This document shows positions 35,553-44,984 of a stretch of 64,000 nt of DNA, in pieces. The first letter of the stretch is position 1. Every line of letters begins with the position of its first letter. This DNA is from an uncultured Spirochaetaceae bacterium (lineage in GTDB: Bacteria > Spirochaetota > Spirochaetia > DSM-27196 > SLST01): positions 52,031 through 116,030 of the forward strand of contig CAYWJH010000001.1 in assembly GCA_964458555.1 (NCBI GenBank), given 5' to 3'. The position numbers and the translations under genes are program-made. Under the pieces are notes generated by a model. It was given only the letters and a program-made list of their open reading frames with translations. It had not been told where the DNA came from and did no database searches.

Positions 35553-36542
35553 CTACGCGTGGACGAAGCCCACTCGATTTGCGCCCAGCCACGCGCGAAG
35601 GCGGTCGCCGACCACGCCGTGTACCGCCTCGATTTCGCGCTGCGAGTAGGTGACGAGACCGCCCGTACGCTCGAACGGGTGGTGCAGGATCGCCGAGTCG
35701 GCCCTCGCGGAAGCGATTCTGCGCATATAGTCGGCGCCCATGCGGAAGACTCCGTAGGATACGGCCTCGACCGCCTCGTCCGGAAGGCGTCGGGCGACGT
35801 CGTCGAGCATGTCGCCGTACGCGCGTACCCAGCCCGGCACGATCAGCACAGGGTCCACGGCGAGCCGTACGCGCCAGCCTCGTTCGACCGCGGCGGTGAC
35901 GGCCCGCACCCGGTGCTCGAAGCTCGCGGTGCCGTGCTCGAAGCGCCTCGCTATCCCGCGCGGCGAGAGCGTCCATACGAGTACGACGTTCGGCGCCGGA
36001 TCGATCCGCGGCAGCAGGTGGCCGTCGCCCTTGGTCCTGATCTCCACGGTGATCTCCGGGGTGCGACGCGCGACCTCCACCCACTCGCTCGCGAGCGGGA
36101 GGACGCGCTCGAAGCCGAGAACATCCGAGAGATAGGAGACGCTCAACCAGTACGCGCCCGCGCGCGCACGCTCGGCCGCCGAGCGGTGAAAGTCGTCGCT
36201 ATTCACGAACACGAGCGTGTGGCCGCTGGAGTGCATTCCCTGCAGAAAGCAGTAGTCGCAGTCGTAGACGCAGTTGCGCAGCTGCGCGTTGTAGAGGACC
36301 GGCAGATCGTCGGTGCCGCGGACGTGCGCCGGGACATCGTAGATGAACGGAGGGGAGCCGACGGCGGCGATCAACGCCGGGCGATCCTTCTGACCGCGGA
36401 CGTTCTGGCCGGTGCGCGCGAAGACCTCGGCGTACGAGTCGATCTCTACGCGAGGACGGTCGGCGAAACGCTCGAAAAGCGCCGCGCCGTGCGGGTAGTC
36501 GAGCGCGGCCCGCTCGATGTACAGCACGCTATTCCCCGGCAC
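35553..36542 (-). CDS. Spore-photoproduct-lyase-like radical SAM protein (SplB/COG1533-like)
   Basis: C-terminal ~329 aa of track ORF 35553..37010. The radical SAM triad is CVYDCDYC. The start is GTG 36542 or GTG 36527. The upstream part of the track ORF is Arg-rich shadow of the neighbouring gene's region. Confidence 0.7.
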   Translation of the reverse strand: MPGNSVLYIERAALDYPHGAALFERFADRPRVEIDSYAEVFARTGQNVRGQKDRPALIAAVGSPPFIYDVPAHVRGTDDLPVLYNAQLRNCVYDCDYCFLQGMHSSGHTLVFVNSDDFHRSAAERARAGAYWLSVSYLSDVLGFERVLPLASEWVEVARRTPEITVEIRTKGDGHLLPRIDPAPNVVLVWTLSPRGIARRFEHGTASFEHRVRAVTAAVERGWRVRLAVDPVLIVPGWVRAYGDMLDDVARRLPDEAVEAVSYGVFRMGADYMRRIASARADSAILHHPFERTGGLVTYSQREIEAVHGVVGDRLRAWLGANRVGFVHA

Positions 36543-37266
36543 GCTCCCACTCCGCGAGCCTCTGTTCGAGGTCGGCGAGGCGGCGCTTCGCCTCCGTTTT
36601 GTCGACGCTCGGGTGCTCGCTCTCGGACTCGATCGGGCTCGGAACCCGGCCCCCGCGCACCGCGGCCGAGCGCACAGCCTGGAGGAACCGCGCGCGCTGA
36701 GTCGCCGTGAGTCTGAGCCGGTCGGCGACAGCGCCACCGAGGCGAACGCTCTCTCCAACCGCGTCATCGCCGTCGCGAACCGATGCGGCGCGACCCTCGG
36801 TCTCGAGCGCCCGCCGCGCGCTTCTCGCCGCGACCTCGACGATCCGGTCGACCGATGCGGCCCCACCGGCGACTCCGACCACGCGCGCCGGGGGCAGCAC
36901 CGCGAGCGCGGCGGCGAACGCGCCGGCGGCGGCGCGCGAGACGCGTTGCTCGCCCGAGGAGCAGGGCTCACCTTCGGTGCAAAGGGTGAGCGCCTCCGCG
37001 TCGTGGTCAAAGAGGACGTCGGGTACCCAGGCGTCGCCGCCCACCCGCGCGCGGTAGGCGATTCCGACGCGTTCGGTCTCGCCCGGCAGGAGGGTGGCGA
37101 CCGCCACCGCGTTCGGCGCGAGCTCGCCGATCAGGCGTCCGGTGGTCGCGGCGGCCGCGAGGAATCGGTGCGGGAGGACCTCGACGTGCGCGTTCCCGAC
37201 TGCGTCGTCGGCCGCCCGTCGCAGCGCGCCGACAATCTCGTCGCGGTCGGTGAGATAGAGAATCAT
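36529..37266 (-). CDS. Hypothetical Ala-rich 245-aa protein embedded in the radical-SAM operon
   Basis: High GC3. The ATG overlaps the mtaB stop by 4 nt. No motif was recognised. The C-terminal segment is charged and coiled-coil-like. Confidence 0.55.
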   Translation of the reverse strand: MILYLTDRDEIVGALRRAADDAVGNAHVEVLPHRFLAAAATTGRLIGELAPNAVAVATLLPGETERVGIAYRARVGGDAWVPDVLFDHDAEALTLCTEGEPCSSGEQRVSRAAAGAFAAALAVLPPARVVGVAGGAASVDRIVEVAARSARRALETEGRAASVRDGDDAVGESVRLGGAVADRLRLTATQRARFLQAVRSAAVRGGRVPSPIESESEHPSVDKTEAKRRLADLEQRLAEWERAGE

Positions 37267-38663
37267 GCGAGTCGTCCCCCGAGCACCGGATCCTCCCCTT
37301 CGCCGAGTCGATCGAGGTGAACGCGGATGTACGTGTTCTCGTATCGCTGCGCCGCCGCGTCGGAGGAGGGACCGACGGTCTCCACCGGGACGTAATGCTC
37401 GCCGAGCCCGAACAGCCGTACCGTCCGGTCGATCTGCTCCGCGCGCTCGACGAGCACCCGCTCGGTGCGTCCTGCGAGGCGCTCGCGGTAGCGGCGCTTG
37501 GCGACCGCCGCGGCGTCGCGGATTCGCGTGGCCCGCTCGGTCTTCACCCGGTCGGGCAGGTGGTCCGTCATGCGCTCGGCGCGCGTGCCACGGCGCACCG
37601 AGTAGGGGAAGGTGTGCACGTGGCCGAACCCGATCGTCTCCACCGCGCGCAGGCTCTCTTCGAACTCCTCGTCGGTCTCGGTTGGGAAGCCCACGATGAT
37701 GTCGGTGGTGAGGTTGAACAGCGGATCGCGTTCACGAAGCCGGCGCGCAAGGCGGCGGTACTCGTCGAAGGTGTACTGCCTGCGCATCGCGAGGAGGATA
37801 CGCTCGCTCGCCGACTGGAGGCAGAGGTGGAGGTGCGGCGCCATGCGGGGGTGGTCGAAGAGCTCGATGAAGCGCTCCGTGAGCCGGTCGGGTTCGAGCG
37901 ACGAGACGCGCAATCTCCAGTCGCCGTCGATCGCGAGAGCTCGCTCGACGAGCGCCGCGAAGTCGAGTCCGTCGTCGCTGTAGCGGCTCATGTTCACCCC
38001 GGTGAGGACGATCTCCCGGGCGCCGTCGTCGATCGCTTCGCCGACGGCGGCGACGACGTCGCGCCACGGGCGGCTCGTCGCGCGCCCGCGCACCGAGGGG
38101 ATGATGCAGAAGGTGCAGTAGTTGTCGCAGCCGTCCTGGACCTTGACGGTGGCGCGCGTGTGGAAGACCCGCTCGGGCACGGGGAAGTCGAAGACGCTGC
38201 CGGTGGGATGGATCGCTTCACCGGCGAAGTGCGCCTCGACGAGGTCGGGGATACTCTGCTTGCGGTCGTTGCCGACGAACCACGTCGACTCGTCGCCTTC
38301 GAGCGCGTCGCGATGGCTCTCGACGTAGCAGCCGGTGAGGACGACGAGCGGAGAGGAGGAGGACCCCGAGGGTCCCGGCGTCGTCTTCGCCCCCGGCGCG
38401 GATGCTTCGCGCGCGGTGGAACCCGGCTGCGCGGTGCGCCCGGCGCGCCGCCCCGCGCGGTAGAGCAGGTTGCGGCTCTTGCGGTCGGCGCGGTTGGTGA
38501 CGGTGCACGAGTTCACCACGTAGACGTCGGCCGGGTCGTCGAAGTCGACGATGCGATACCCTGCCGAGCGGAAGCGCGTGGCGATCGAATCGGTCTCGAA
38601 CTGGTTGAGTTTGCACCCGAGCGTTGCGAAGGCGACGCTGCGCGACGCGGCGTTCTCGCTCAT
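37263..38663 (-). CDS. mtaB: MtaB-type methylthiotransferase (ms2t6A37 synthase-like)
   Basis: Motifs ATLGCKLNQFETDS, NSCTVTNRADRKSR, radical SAM GCDNYCTFCIIPSVRG, plus a TRAM-like C-terminus. A ~30-aa Ser/Pro/Gly-rich insertion follows the first domain. Confidence 0.8.
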   Translation of the reverse strand: MSENAASRSVAFATLGCKLNQFETDSIATRFRSAGYRIVDFDDPADVYVVNSCTVTNRADRKSRNLLYRAGRRAGRTAQPGSTAREASAPGAKTTPGPSGSSSSPLVVLTGCYVESHRDALEGDESTWFVGNDRKQSIPDLVEAHFAGEAIHPTGSVFDFPVPERVFHTRATVKVQDGCDNYCTFCIIPSVRGRATSRPWRDVVAAVGEAIDDGAREIVLTGVNMSRYSDDGLDFAALVERALAIDGDWRLRVSSLEPDRLTERFIELFDHPRMAPHLHLCLQSASERILLAMRRQYTFDEYRRLARRLRERDPLFNLTTDIIVGFPTETDEEFEESLRAVETIGFGHVHTFPYSVRRGTRAERMTDHLPDRVKTERATRIRDAAAVAKRRYRERLAGRTERVLVERAEQIDRTVRLFGLGEHYVPVETVGPSSDAAAQRYENTYIRVHLDRLGEGEDPVLGGRLA

Positions 38664-40090
38664 GGCGTGGTTGGGGTCGCATCCGCCGCTTCGGCGATCG
38701 AATCGGCCTCGATTCCGATGAAGCTGCCCTCGAGCGAGAGCGGGGCGGCGCGATCGATGCGTACCGTCACGAATCGGCCTACGAGCGACTCGTCGTCGGA
38801 GGCAAAGCGAACGATGAGCTTGCCCTCGGTCTTGCCGGTCAGATAGCCGTCTTTACGGTCTCTGCCGTCGACGAGAAGCGTGAGCTCTGATCCAACGAGC
38901 GCCTCGTTGTACCGGAGCGAGGTCCTCTGCAGCTCGGCTGAGAGCTCGTGGAGGCGGCGTCGCTTCTCCTCGTGCGGCACGTCGTCGTCCCAGCGCGCGC
39001 TCGCGGCGCCCGGGCGCGGCGAGTACATCGCGATGTACGCCATGTTGTACGCGAACTCGCGCATCGCCTCGCGCGTCGCCTCGAACTGCTTCTCGGTCTC
39101 GCCGGTGAACCCGACGATGATGTCGGTGAACAGCGTAGCCTCGGGGATCGTCGAACGGATCTTCTCGACGATCGAGCGGTACTGGCTCGTGCGGTAGTTG
39201 CGGTTCATCCGCATCAGCACCTTGTCGTCGCCCGACTGCACAGGCAGGTGGATCTGTCGGGCGAGCACGGGGTACGACGCGATCACGTCGACGACCTCGT
39301 CGGTCATGTCCTTCGGGTGCGGCGAGGTGAAATAGGTCCAGAAGCGTCTGCCCGTCTCGCGTCCGATCTCACCGATCCTGCGCAGGAGCTCGGGGAAGGT
39401 GATTTCGCTCCCGTCGCGCTCGCTGCGGCGGTCGAGCCCGTAGGAGTTGACGTTCTGACCGAGCAGGGTGATAGACCGGTAGCCGTCCTCGACGAGCCGA
39501 CGCACCTCCGCGAGGATCTCTTCGCTCGGCCGGGAGACCTCACGCCCTCGCGTGTACGGCACCGCGCAGAAGGTGCAGAACTTGTCGCAGCCGTTCTGGA
39601 TGGGTACGAACGCCTCGAAGCCGGAGCCGTAGTTCGCCGGGATCTTCCAGTAGCCGCGGCGCGGATCGTCGCTTCCTTCGGGCGCTACGAACTCTGCCCT
39701 GCTCGCGCGACCCGCGATCTGATCGGCGGCTCGTAGAGACGCCGGCGAGACCACGCCGTGATCGCGCAGCATGTCGGGCAGGTGGGGAAGCTCGTTGATC
39801 GTGAATATCAGATCGAACCGCTCGACGAACTTCTCGCGGTCGGCGGGAAGCACGCACCCCGACACGAAGGTCACAAGCGGCCGTTCGCGCTTCCACTCGT
39901 TCCACGTATGGATACGCGTATAGACCTTGTCGATCGCCTTCTGCCTGACCGAGCACGCGACGACACCCAGGATGTCCGCCTCCTCTTCGCGGTCGGTCCG
40001 TTCGTAGCCGAGCGATTCGAGCACCGCCCGGATGCGCTCCGAATCGGATATGTTCATCTGGCAGCCGAATGGCACGAGGTGGTAGTACAT
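38660..40090 (-). CDS. miaB: MiaB-type methylthiotransferase (ms2i6A37 synthase-like)
   Basis: From ATG 40090: MYYHLVPFGCQMNISDSE. Motifs NGCDKFCTFCAVPYTRG and LPVQSGDDKVLMRMNR, plus a TRAM domain. The longer track ORF start at 40192 overlaps the upstream gene. Confidence 0.82.
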   Translation of the reverse strand: MYYHLVPFGCQMNISDSERIRAVLESLGYERTDREEEADILGVVACSVRQKAIDKVYTRIHTWNEWKRERPLVTFVSGCVLPADREKFVERFDLIFTINELPHLPDMLRDHGVVSPASLRAADQIAGRASRAEFVAPEGSDDPRRGYWKIPANYGSGFEAFVPIQNGCDKFCTFCAVPYTRGREVSRPSEEILAEVRRLVEDGYRSITLLGQNVNSYGLDRRSERDGSEITFPELLRRIGEIGRETGRRFWTYFTSPHPKDMTDEVVDVIASYPVLARQIHLPVQSGDDKVLMRMNRNYRTSQYRSIVEKIRSTIPEATLFTDIIVGFTGETEKQFEATREAMREFAYNMAYIAMYSPRPGAASARWDDDVPHEEKRRRLHELSAELQRTSLRYNEALVGSELTLLVDGRDRKDGYLTGKTEGKLIVRFASDDESLVGRFVTVRIDRAAPLSLEGSFIGIEADSIAEAADATPTTP

Positions 40091-40791
40091 CAGAAGTAGA
40101 CCTCCGCGTAGAGCTGTTCGGGAGGGACGCCGTGGCCCTTGAGTACGTCGAACGCCTCGTAGATCATGTCGCAGTTGCCGCACAGGTAGCACAGCGTCTC
40201 CGCAGGCACCGTGTGCTCACGCAGGTAGTCGGTTACGCGTCCGGCGAAGATCGCCTCGCCGGACCGTGCCGCTGCATCGACCGTCTGCGGGTCGCGCGAG
40301 AGGCAAGTCGTGAGGCGGTGTGCGTCGAAGGCGGCGTGCTCGTAGCGTTCGCTCGCGACGCGCACGCCGTGCAGCAGTCGGTAGTCGAGGTCCGGGTAGC
40401 TCTGCGCGAAGCAGCGAAAGGGGCTGATTCCGGTTCCGGTGGCCACGAAGAGAAAGGGCCGGCGGGTGCGCTCGGCCTCATCGATCGTGAAGAACCCGAA
40501 CGGCCCGTCGACCTCGAGCTCGTCTCCCGGCTCGAGCCTGCGCAGGCGCCGCGAGACGTACCCCGCCTCGACCTCCTTCACGAGGATCTCGAGGTAGTCG
40601 GCGTCGAGCGACGAGTAGACCGAGTACTCGCGCATGTCGATCTCTCCACCGACGCCGACGCTGACGTACTGGCCGGGCTCGAACTCCATGCCGTTGCGGT
40701 CGAATCGCAGGACGTACGCGGATTCGGTGAGGGTGCGGATCTCCTGGACGCGCGGGCGGGCGCGGATGGCGGTTTCAGAACTCGTTGTCAT
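40090..40791 (-). CDS. Ferredoxin/flavodoxin-NAD(P)+ reductase-type flavoprotein (FNR-like)
   Basis: FAD motif MREYSVYS (RxYS), NAD(P) motif FVATGTGISPF, and a C-terminal ...YAEVYF. ATG 40791 is preferred over TTG 40803 because TTG 40803 lies inside the predicted -10 box. Confidence 0.8.
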   Translation of the reverse strand: MTTSSETAIRARPRVQEIRTLTESAYVLRFDRNGMEFEPGQYVSVGVGGEIDMREYSVYSSLDADYLEILVKEVEAGYVSRRLRRLEPGDELEVDGPFGFFTIDEAERTRRPFLFVATGTGISPFRCFAQSYPDLDYRLLHGVRVASERYEHAAFDAHRLTTCLSRDPQTVDAAARSGEAIFAGRVTDYLREHTVPAETLCYLCGNCDMIYEAFDVLKGHGVPPEQLYAEVYF

Positions 40792-40801
40792 CGACGGATT
40801 C

Positions 40802-40853
40802 AATATATGACAGCCCGTGTGAAGTTTACACCCCCGGACTGAATGACTACTAT
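40802..40853. promoter_or_regulatory. Back-to-back divergent promoters sharing one -35 hexamer (lipA versus the FNR-miaB-mtaB operon)
   Basis: Plus strand: TTTACA(40825-40830)-N17-TACTAT(40848-40853). Minus strand: TGTAAA (the same 6 bp)-N17-TATATT(40807-40802). Confidence 0.45.
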
Positions 40854-40872
40854 GAGGACAGGAGTCAAGCTA

Positions 40873-41781
40873 ATGGCCGAACACCACCACGTCAATCCAA
40901 AGCCCGAGTGGCTCAAGATAAAGCTCAACACCAACGCGAACTTCAAGTACCTCAAGGGCCTCATGAAGGAGCAGCGGCTGACGACCGTCTGCGAGGAAGC
41001 GAAGTGTCCGAATATCCACGAGTGCTGGGGTGAGCACCGGACGGCTACGTTCATGATCCTCGGCGATACGTGCACCCGGCGCTGCCGCTTCTGCGCGGTC
41101 AAGACCGGGCTCCCGCGCGTGCTCGACCGTGACGAGCCACGGCGCGTCGCCGAGAGCGTCGCGCAGATGAAGCTCCACCACGTCGTCATCACCATGGTAA
41201 ACCGCGACGAGCTCGCCGACGGTGGGGCGACCATCCTCGCCGAGACAGTACGCCGCATCCACGATGCGGCGCCGGAGACGACCGTCGAAGTGCTCTCGTC
41301 GGACCTCATGGGCGACGAAGCGAGCATCCGGATCGCGTGCGAGAGTCACCCCGAGATCATGAGCCATAATCTGGAGACGGTGCGTCGCCTTACCCCGAAC
41401 GTGCGCTCGCGCTCGACCTACGAACGTTCGCTCGAGTTTCTGAGACTGGCGAAGGAGATCGACCCGGATTCCGTCACGAAGTCGAGCCTGATGCTGGGCC
41501 TCGGCGAGACGCGCGACGAGGTGCTCGAGGCGATGGACGACCTGCTCGCGAGCCACGTGTCGCTTCTGAATCTGGGGCAGTACCTGCAGCCGACGCGGAC
41601 GCACCTGCCGGTGCAGAAGTACTGGACGCCCGAGGAGTTCGCCGAGCTCGCCGACCGGGCGAGGGAGAAGGGGTTCACGCACTGCGAGGCCGGCCCGCTC
41701 GTGCGTTCCTCCTACCACGCCGGCGAGCAATACGAGACCTACCGGCGACACGTCCATCCGCTCTACCAGGCCGGCGACTGA
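40873..41781 (+). CDS. lipA: Lipoyl synthase
   Basis: [13 protein letters not shown] and radical [18 protein letters not shown] lies 8-9 nt upstream of ATG 40873. The track start at 40843 would lie inside the -10 box. Confidence 0.92.
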   Translation: MAEHHHVNPKPEWLKIKLNTNANFKYLKGLMKEQRLTTVCEEAKCPNIHECWGEHRTATFMILGDTCTRRCRFCAVKTGLPRVLDRDEPRRVAESVAQMKLHHVVITMVNRDELADGGATILAETVRRIHDAAPETTVEVLSSDLMGDEASIRIACESHPEIMSHNLETVRRLTPNVRSRSTYERSLEFLRLAKEIDPDSVTKSSLMLGLGETRDEVLEAMDDLLASHVSLLNLGQYLQPTRTHLPVQKYWTPEEFAELADRAREKGFTHCEAGPLVRSSYHAGEQYETYRRHVHPLYQAGD

Positions 41782-41816
41782 GCTACGGCAACCATCTATC
41801 CTCGAGGAGTACCACC

Positions 41817-44800
41817 ATGCAGAATGCCACGATCTACCAGCGTCGAATCGAGCAGTTCGTCGAACGGGTTCAGGAGCTTCGCTATCGCGAGCGCTCGTCG
41901 CTCGAGGCGACGTACACGTACGACCGGCGGAAGCCCATCCCTATGGACGGGCTCGACCGGCGGAAATGGAAGGCGATCTCCCCCGGCACCCGCTGGGGCG
42001 AGCTGTGGGGCAGCGCATGGTTTCGCATCAGCGGGACGGTACCGCCTTCGTTCGCCGGCGAAGAGGTCGTGGCGCTCGTCGATCTGGGAAGCGAGGGGTG
42101 CGTCTTCGTCGACGGCTCGCCCTGGCAGGGCCTCACCGACGTGCCGCGGACCGGTCGACGCCACGGCACCGGCAAGCGCCGTGTGGTGATCGCGAAGAAG
42201 GCGCGCGGCGGCGATCCGGTCGACCTGCTCATCGAGGCCGGCGCCAACGCGCTCTTCGGGTACCATGGGCATCACGCCTTCGTCTTTACGCAGGCAGAGC
42301 TCGCGGTCTTCGATCGCGAGATGTGGCAGCTCGGGATCGACCTCGAGTTCCTCTTCGATCTGGCGACCTCGCTGCCCGGGGAGAGCGTGCGCGCGCGCAG
42401 ACTGCTCGACGGGCTCAACCGTGCGGCGAACGCGTGGGCCGACGGCAGGGGCGCCGCTGAGGTGCGCGCGATCTGCGCGTCGCTGCTCAAAACGAAGGCG
42501 GTACCGAGCGCGACGACTGCGTGGTCGGTCGGGCACGCGCACCTCGACCTCGGGTGGTTGTGGCCGGTTCGTGAGACCAGGCGGAAAGCAGGCCGCACCT
42601 TCGCCACCGCGCTCCGGCTGCTCGAGGAGTATCCCGACTACGTTTTCGGCACCTCGCAGCCGCAGGCGCTCGCGTGGGTGAAGGAAGACTACCCGAAGCT
42701 CTACGAGCAGATCCGCGCGGCGGTCGCCGAAGGGCGCTGGGAGTGCCAGGGCGCGATGTGGGTCGAGCCCGATATGAACGTCCCCGGAGGCGAGGCGCTC
42801 GCGCGGCAGCTCCTCTACGGCATCCGGTTCTTCGAGAAGGAGTTCGGCAAGCGCGTCACCAACCTCTGGCTGCCCGACGTGTTCGGGTACTCGGCGGCGC
42901 TTCCGCAGCTCCTGCGGCTCGCCGGTGTCGACTCGTTCATGACGCAGAAGATCTCGTGGAACGAGAGCACGACCTTCCCACACCACACCTTCGAGTGGGA
43001 AGGGATCGACGGAACGCGCGTGCGCACGCACTTTCTGCCGACGAACACGTACAACGCGCAGAACACCGCGCAGGAGCTCATCGCGGGAGAGCATCGGTTC
43101 GCGCAGGCCGATGTCAGCGACGACTGGCTCAACCTCTACGGCATCGGGGACGGCGGCGGCGGTCCGTCGCGCAAGCACGTCGAGTTCGCGCGGCGCGCGG
43201 CGAACACCGAGGGTGTGCCGCGCGTGAAGATGGCGCCGGCCGAACGGTTCTTCGCGCGCATCGCGAAGACCCCCGCCGATCGGCTTCCGCTGTGGCGCGG
43301 CGAGCTCTACCTCGAGCTGCACCGGGGGACGTACACGACGCAGGCGGCGATCAAGCGGTTGAACCGCAGACTCGAGCTGACGTTGCGCGACGCGGAGTAC
43401 CTCGCTACCGTGGCGGGCGTCGACCAGCGCGAGCCGATCGAGCGCATCTGGAAGAACACGCTGCTCAACCAGTTCCACGACATCCTGCCGGGAAGCTCGA
43501 TCGGCGAGGTGTACGCCACCGCGCGCGAGGAGAGCGAGCGTAATCTCGACGAGCTCGAGCGTCTCATTGACGCGAGTCTTGCGAAGCTGCACGGACGCGC
43601 CCCGCGCAGCGCACGAGCGTTCGTCGTGCACAACACGCTCTCGTGGGAGCGTGGGGCGCTCGTGCGCGTGCCGTGGGCGGAGAGCTCGACGCCGGTTGTT
43701 CGCGACGCCGACGGCATGCCGCTCGTCGTGCAGCGCGTAGCCGACGGCCTGCTCGTTCCGGTGAGCGTTTCTTCGATGGGCTGGACCTCGATCAGCATGG
43801 CCGGGCACGACGAGGCGCCCGGTGGTGCGGCCGTGGACGCGACCGCGCAGGAGGTGGCGGATCTGCGGCGGGAGAACGCGACGCCGGAAACAGGCCGATG
43901 GTCGCGTGCGCGGCTGACCCCGGTCGCCGGCTCGGAGACGAGGCTCGAGAACGCGTTGGTGCGCGTCGATCTCGCCGGTGACGGGACGATCGGCTCGATC
44001 TACGACAAGGAGCACGGACGCGAGGCGCTCGCCGACGGTGCGAACCGGCTGCTCCTCTGGGAGGACCTGCCCTACAGCTGGGACGCGTGGGACATCAGCC
44101 ACTACTACCGCGAGACCGAACCGGAGCAGGCGGCTCTCACCGACCGCCGTCTGCTGGAGAGCGGACCGCTACGAGCCGTCGTCGAGCAGGTGCTGACCGT
44201 GGGAAGCTCGACGGTACGCCAGCGGATCGTCCTCGAGGCGGAGTCCCGGCTCGTCCGCGTCGAGAACCACGTGGACTGGAGAGAATCTCGCGTGCAGCTG
44301 CGCGTACAGGCGGTTCCTGCGGTGCTCGCCGCGGAGGCGACCTACGAGATCCAGTACGGCACGGTGCGCCGGCCCGCGCACGCGAACACACTCGCCGACG
44401 CCGCGAAGTTCGAGGTTGCCGGGCAGCGATTCGCCGACCTCTCGCAGCCGGACTACGGGGTGGGCCTCGTGAACGACTCGAAGTACGGCCACTACGTCCG
44501 CGACGGGATCATGGAGCTCACGCTGCTGCGCAGCCCCAAGGACCCCGACCCCGAGGCCGATCTCGGCGAGCACGAGTTCACGTTCGGCTACTACCCGCAC
44601 GCCGGCACGTGGGAGGGGAGCAACCTGCTCGAACGCGCCCACGAGCTGAACTCGCCGGTGTTCGTGCGTTCGGCCTCGCGCGCCGGCGCACCGGTGAGCG
44701 AGTTCAACGTCGCAGGCGGCGTCGTGAAGCTCGAGGCGGTGAAACCGGCCGAAGAGGGCGAGGGCGTCGTGCTTCGGCTCTACGAGACCCGCGGCACCGA

Positions 44801-44984
44801 TCACGATGCGGTCCTGTGTTTCCGACGGCCGGTGGCGTCTGTCGAGGAGGTGAATCTCGTGGAAGAGGCGCCGAGAAAGCTCCGCGGCGTCCGGAAGGCC
44901 GGCGCAGACGGTTACAGCTCGGAGATTCGACTCGGTTTCTCGCCGTATCGGATCCGAACGTTCCGGGTCACGTACGCCTCGTGA
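41817..44984 (+). CDS. GH38-family alpha-mannosidase
   Basis: 1055 aa. Motifs GHAHLDLGWLWPVRETRRK, QFHDILPGSSI, and the large C-terminal beta domains typical of bacterial GH38. Confidence 0.88.
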   Translation: MQNATIYQRRIEQFVERVQELRYRERSSLEATYTYDRRKPIPMDGLDRRKWKAISPGTRWGELWGSAWFRISGTVPPSFAGEEVVALVDLGSEGCVFVDGSPWQGLTDVPRTGRRHGTGKRRVVIAKKARGGDPVDLLIEAGANALFGYHGHHAFVFTQAELAVFDREMWQLGIDLEFLFDLATSLPGESVRARRLLDGLNRAANAWADGRGAAEVRAICASLLKTKAVPSATTAWSVGHAHLDLGWLWPVRETRRKAGRTFATALRLLEEYPDYVFGTSQPQALAWVKEDYPKLYEQIRAAVAEGRWECQGAMWVEPDMNVPGGEALARQLLYGIRFFEKEFGKRVTNLWLPDVFGYSAALPQLLRLAGVDSFMTQKISWNESTTFPHHTFEWEGIDGTRVRTHFLPTNTYNAQNTAQELIAGEHRFAQADVSDDWLNLYGIGDGGGGPSRKHVEFARRAANTEGVPRVKMAPAERFFARIAKTPADRLPLWRGELYLELHRGTYTTQAAIKRLNRRLELTLRDAEYLATVAGVDQREPIERIWKNTLLNQFHDILPGSSIGEVYATAREESERNLDELERLIDASLAKLHGRAPRSARAFVVHNTLSWERGALVRVPWAESSTPVVRDADGMPLVVQRVADGLLVPVSVSSMGWTSISMAGHDEAPGGAAVDATAQEVADLRRENATPETGRWSRARLTPVAGSETRLENALVRVDLAGDGTIGSIYDKEHGREALADGANRLLLWEDLPYSWDAWDISHYYRETEPEQAALTDRRLLESGPLRAVVEQVLTVGSSTVRQRIVLEAESRLVRVENHVDWRESRVQLRVQAVPAVLAAEATYEIQYGTVRRPAHANTLADAAKFEVAGQRFADLSQPDYGVGLVNDSKYGHYVRDGIMELTLLRSPKDPDPEADLGEHEFTFGYYPHAGTWEGSNLLERAHELNSPVFVRSASRAGAPVSEFNVAGGVVKLEAVKPAEEGEGVVLRLYETRGTDHDAVLCFRRPVASVEEVNLVEEAPRKLRGVRKAGADGYSSEIRLGFSPYRIRTFRVTYAS

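Noticed and set aside
35559-38846. + strand ORFs 35559..36710, 36517..37320 and 37317..38846
   Set aside because: They are antisense to the SPL-like, hypothetical and mtaB genes and are rich in Arg/Asp/Val/His.
41796-44102. A 768-aa minus-strand ORF
   Set aside because: It is antisense to the GH38 mannosidase.
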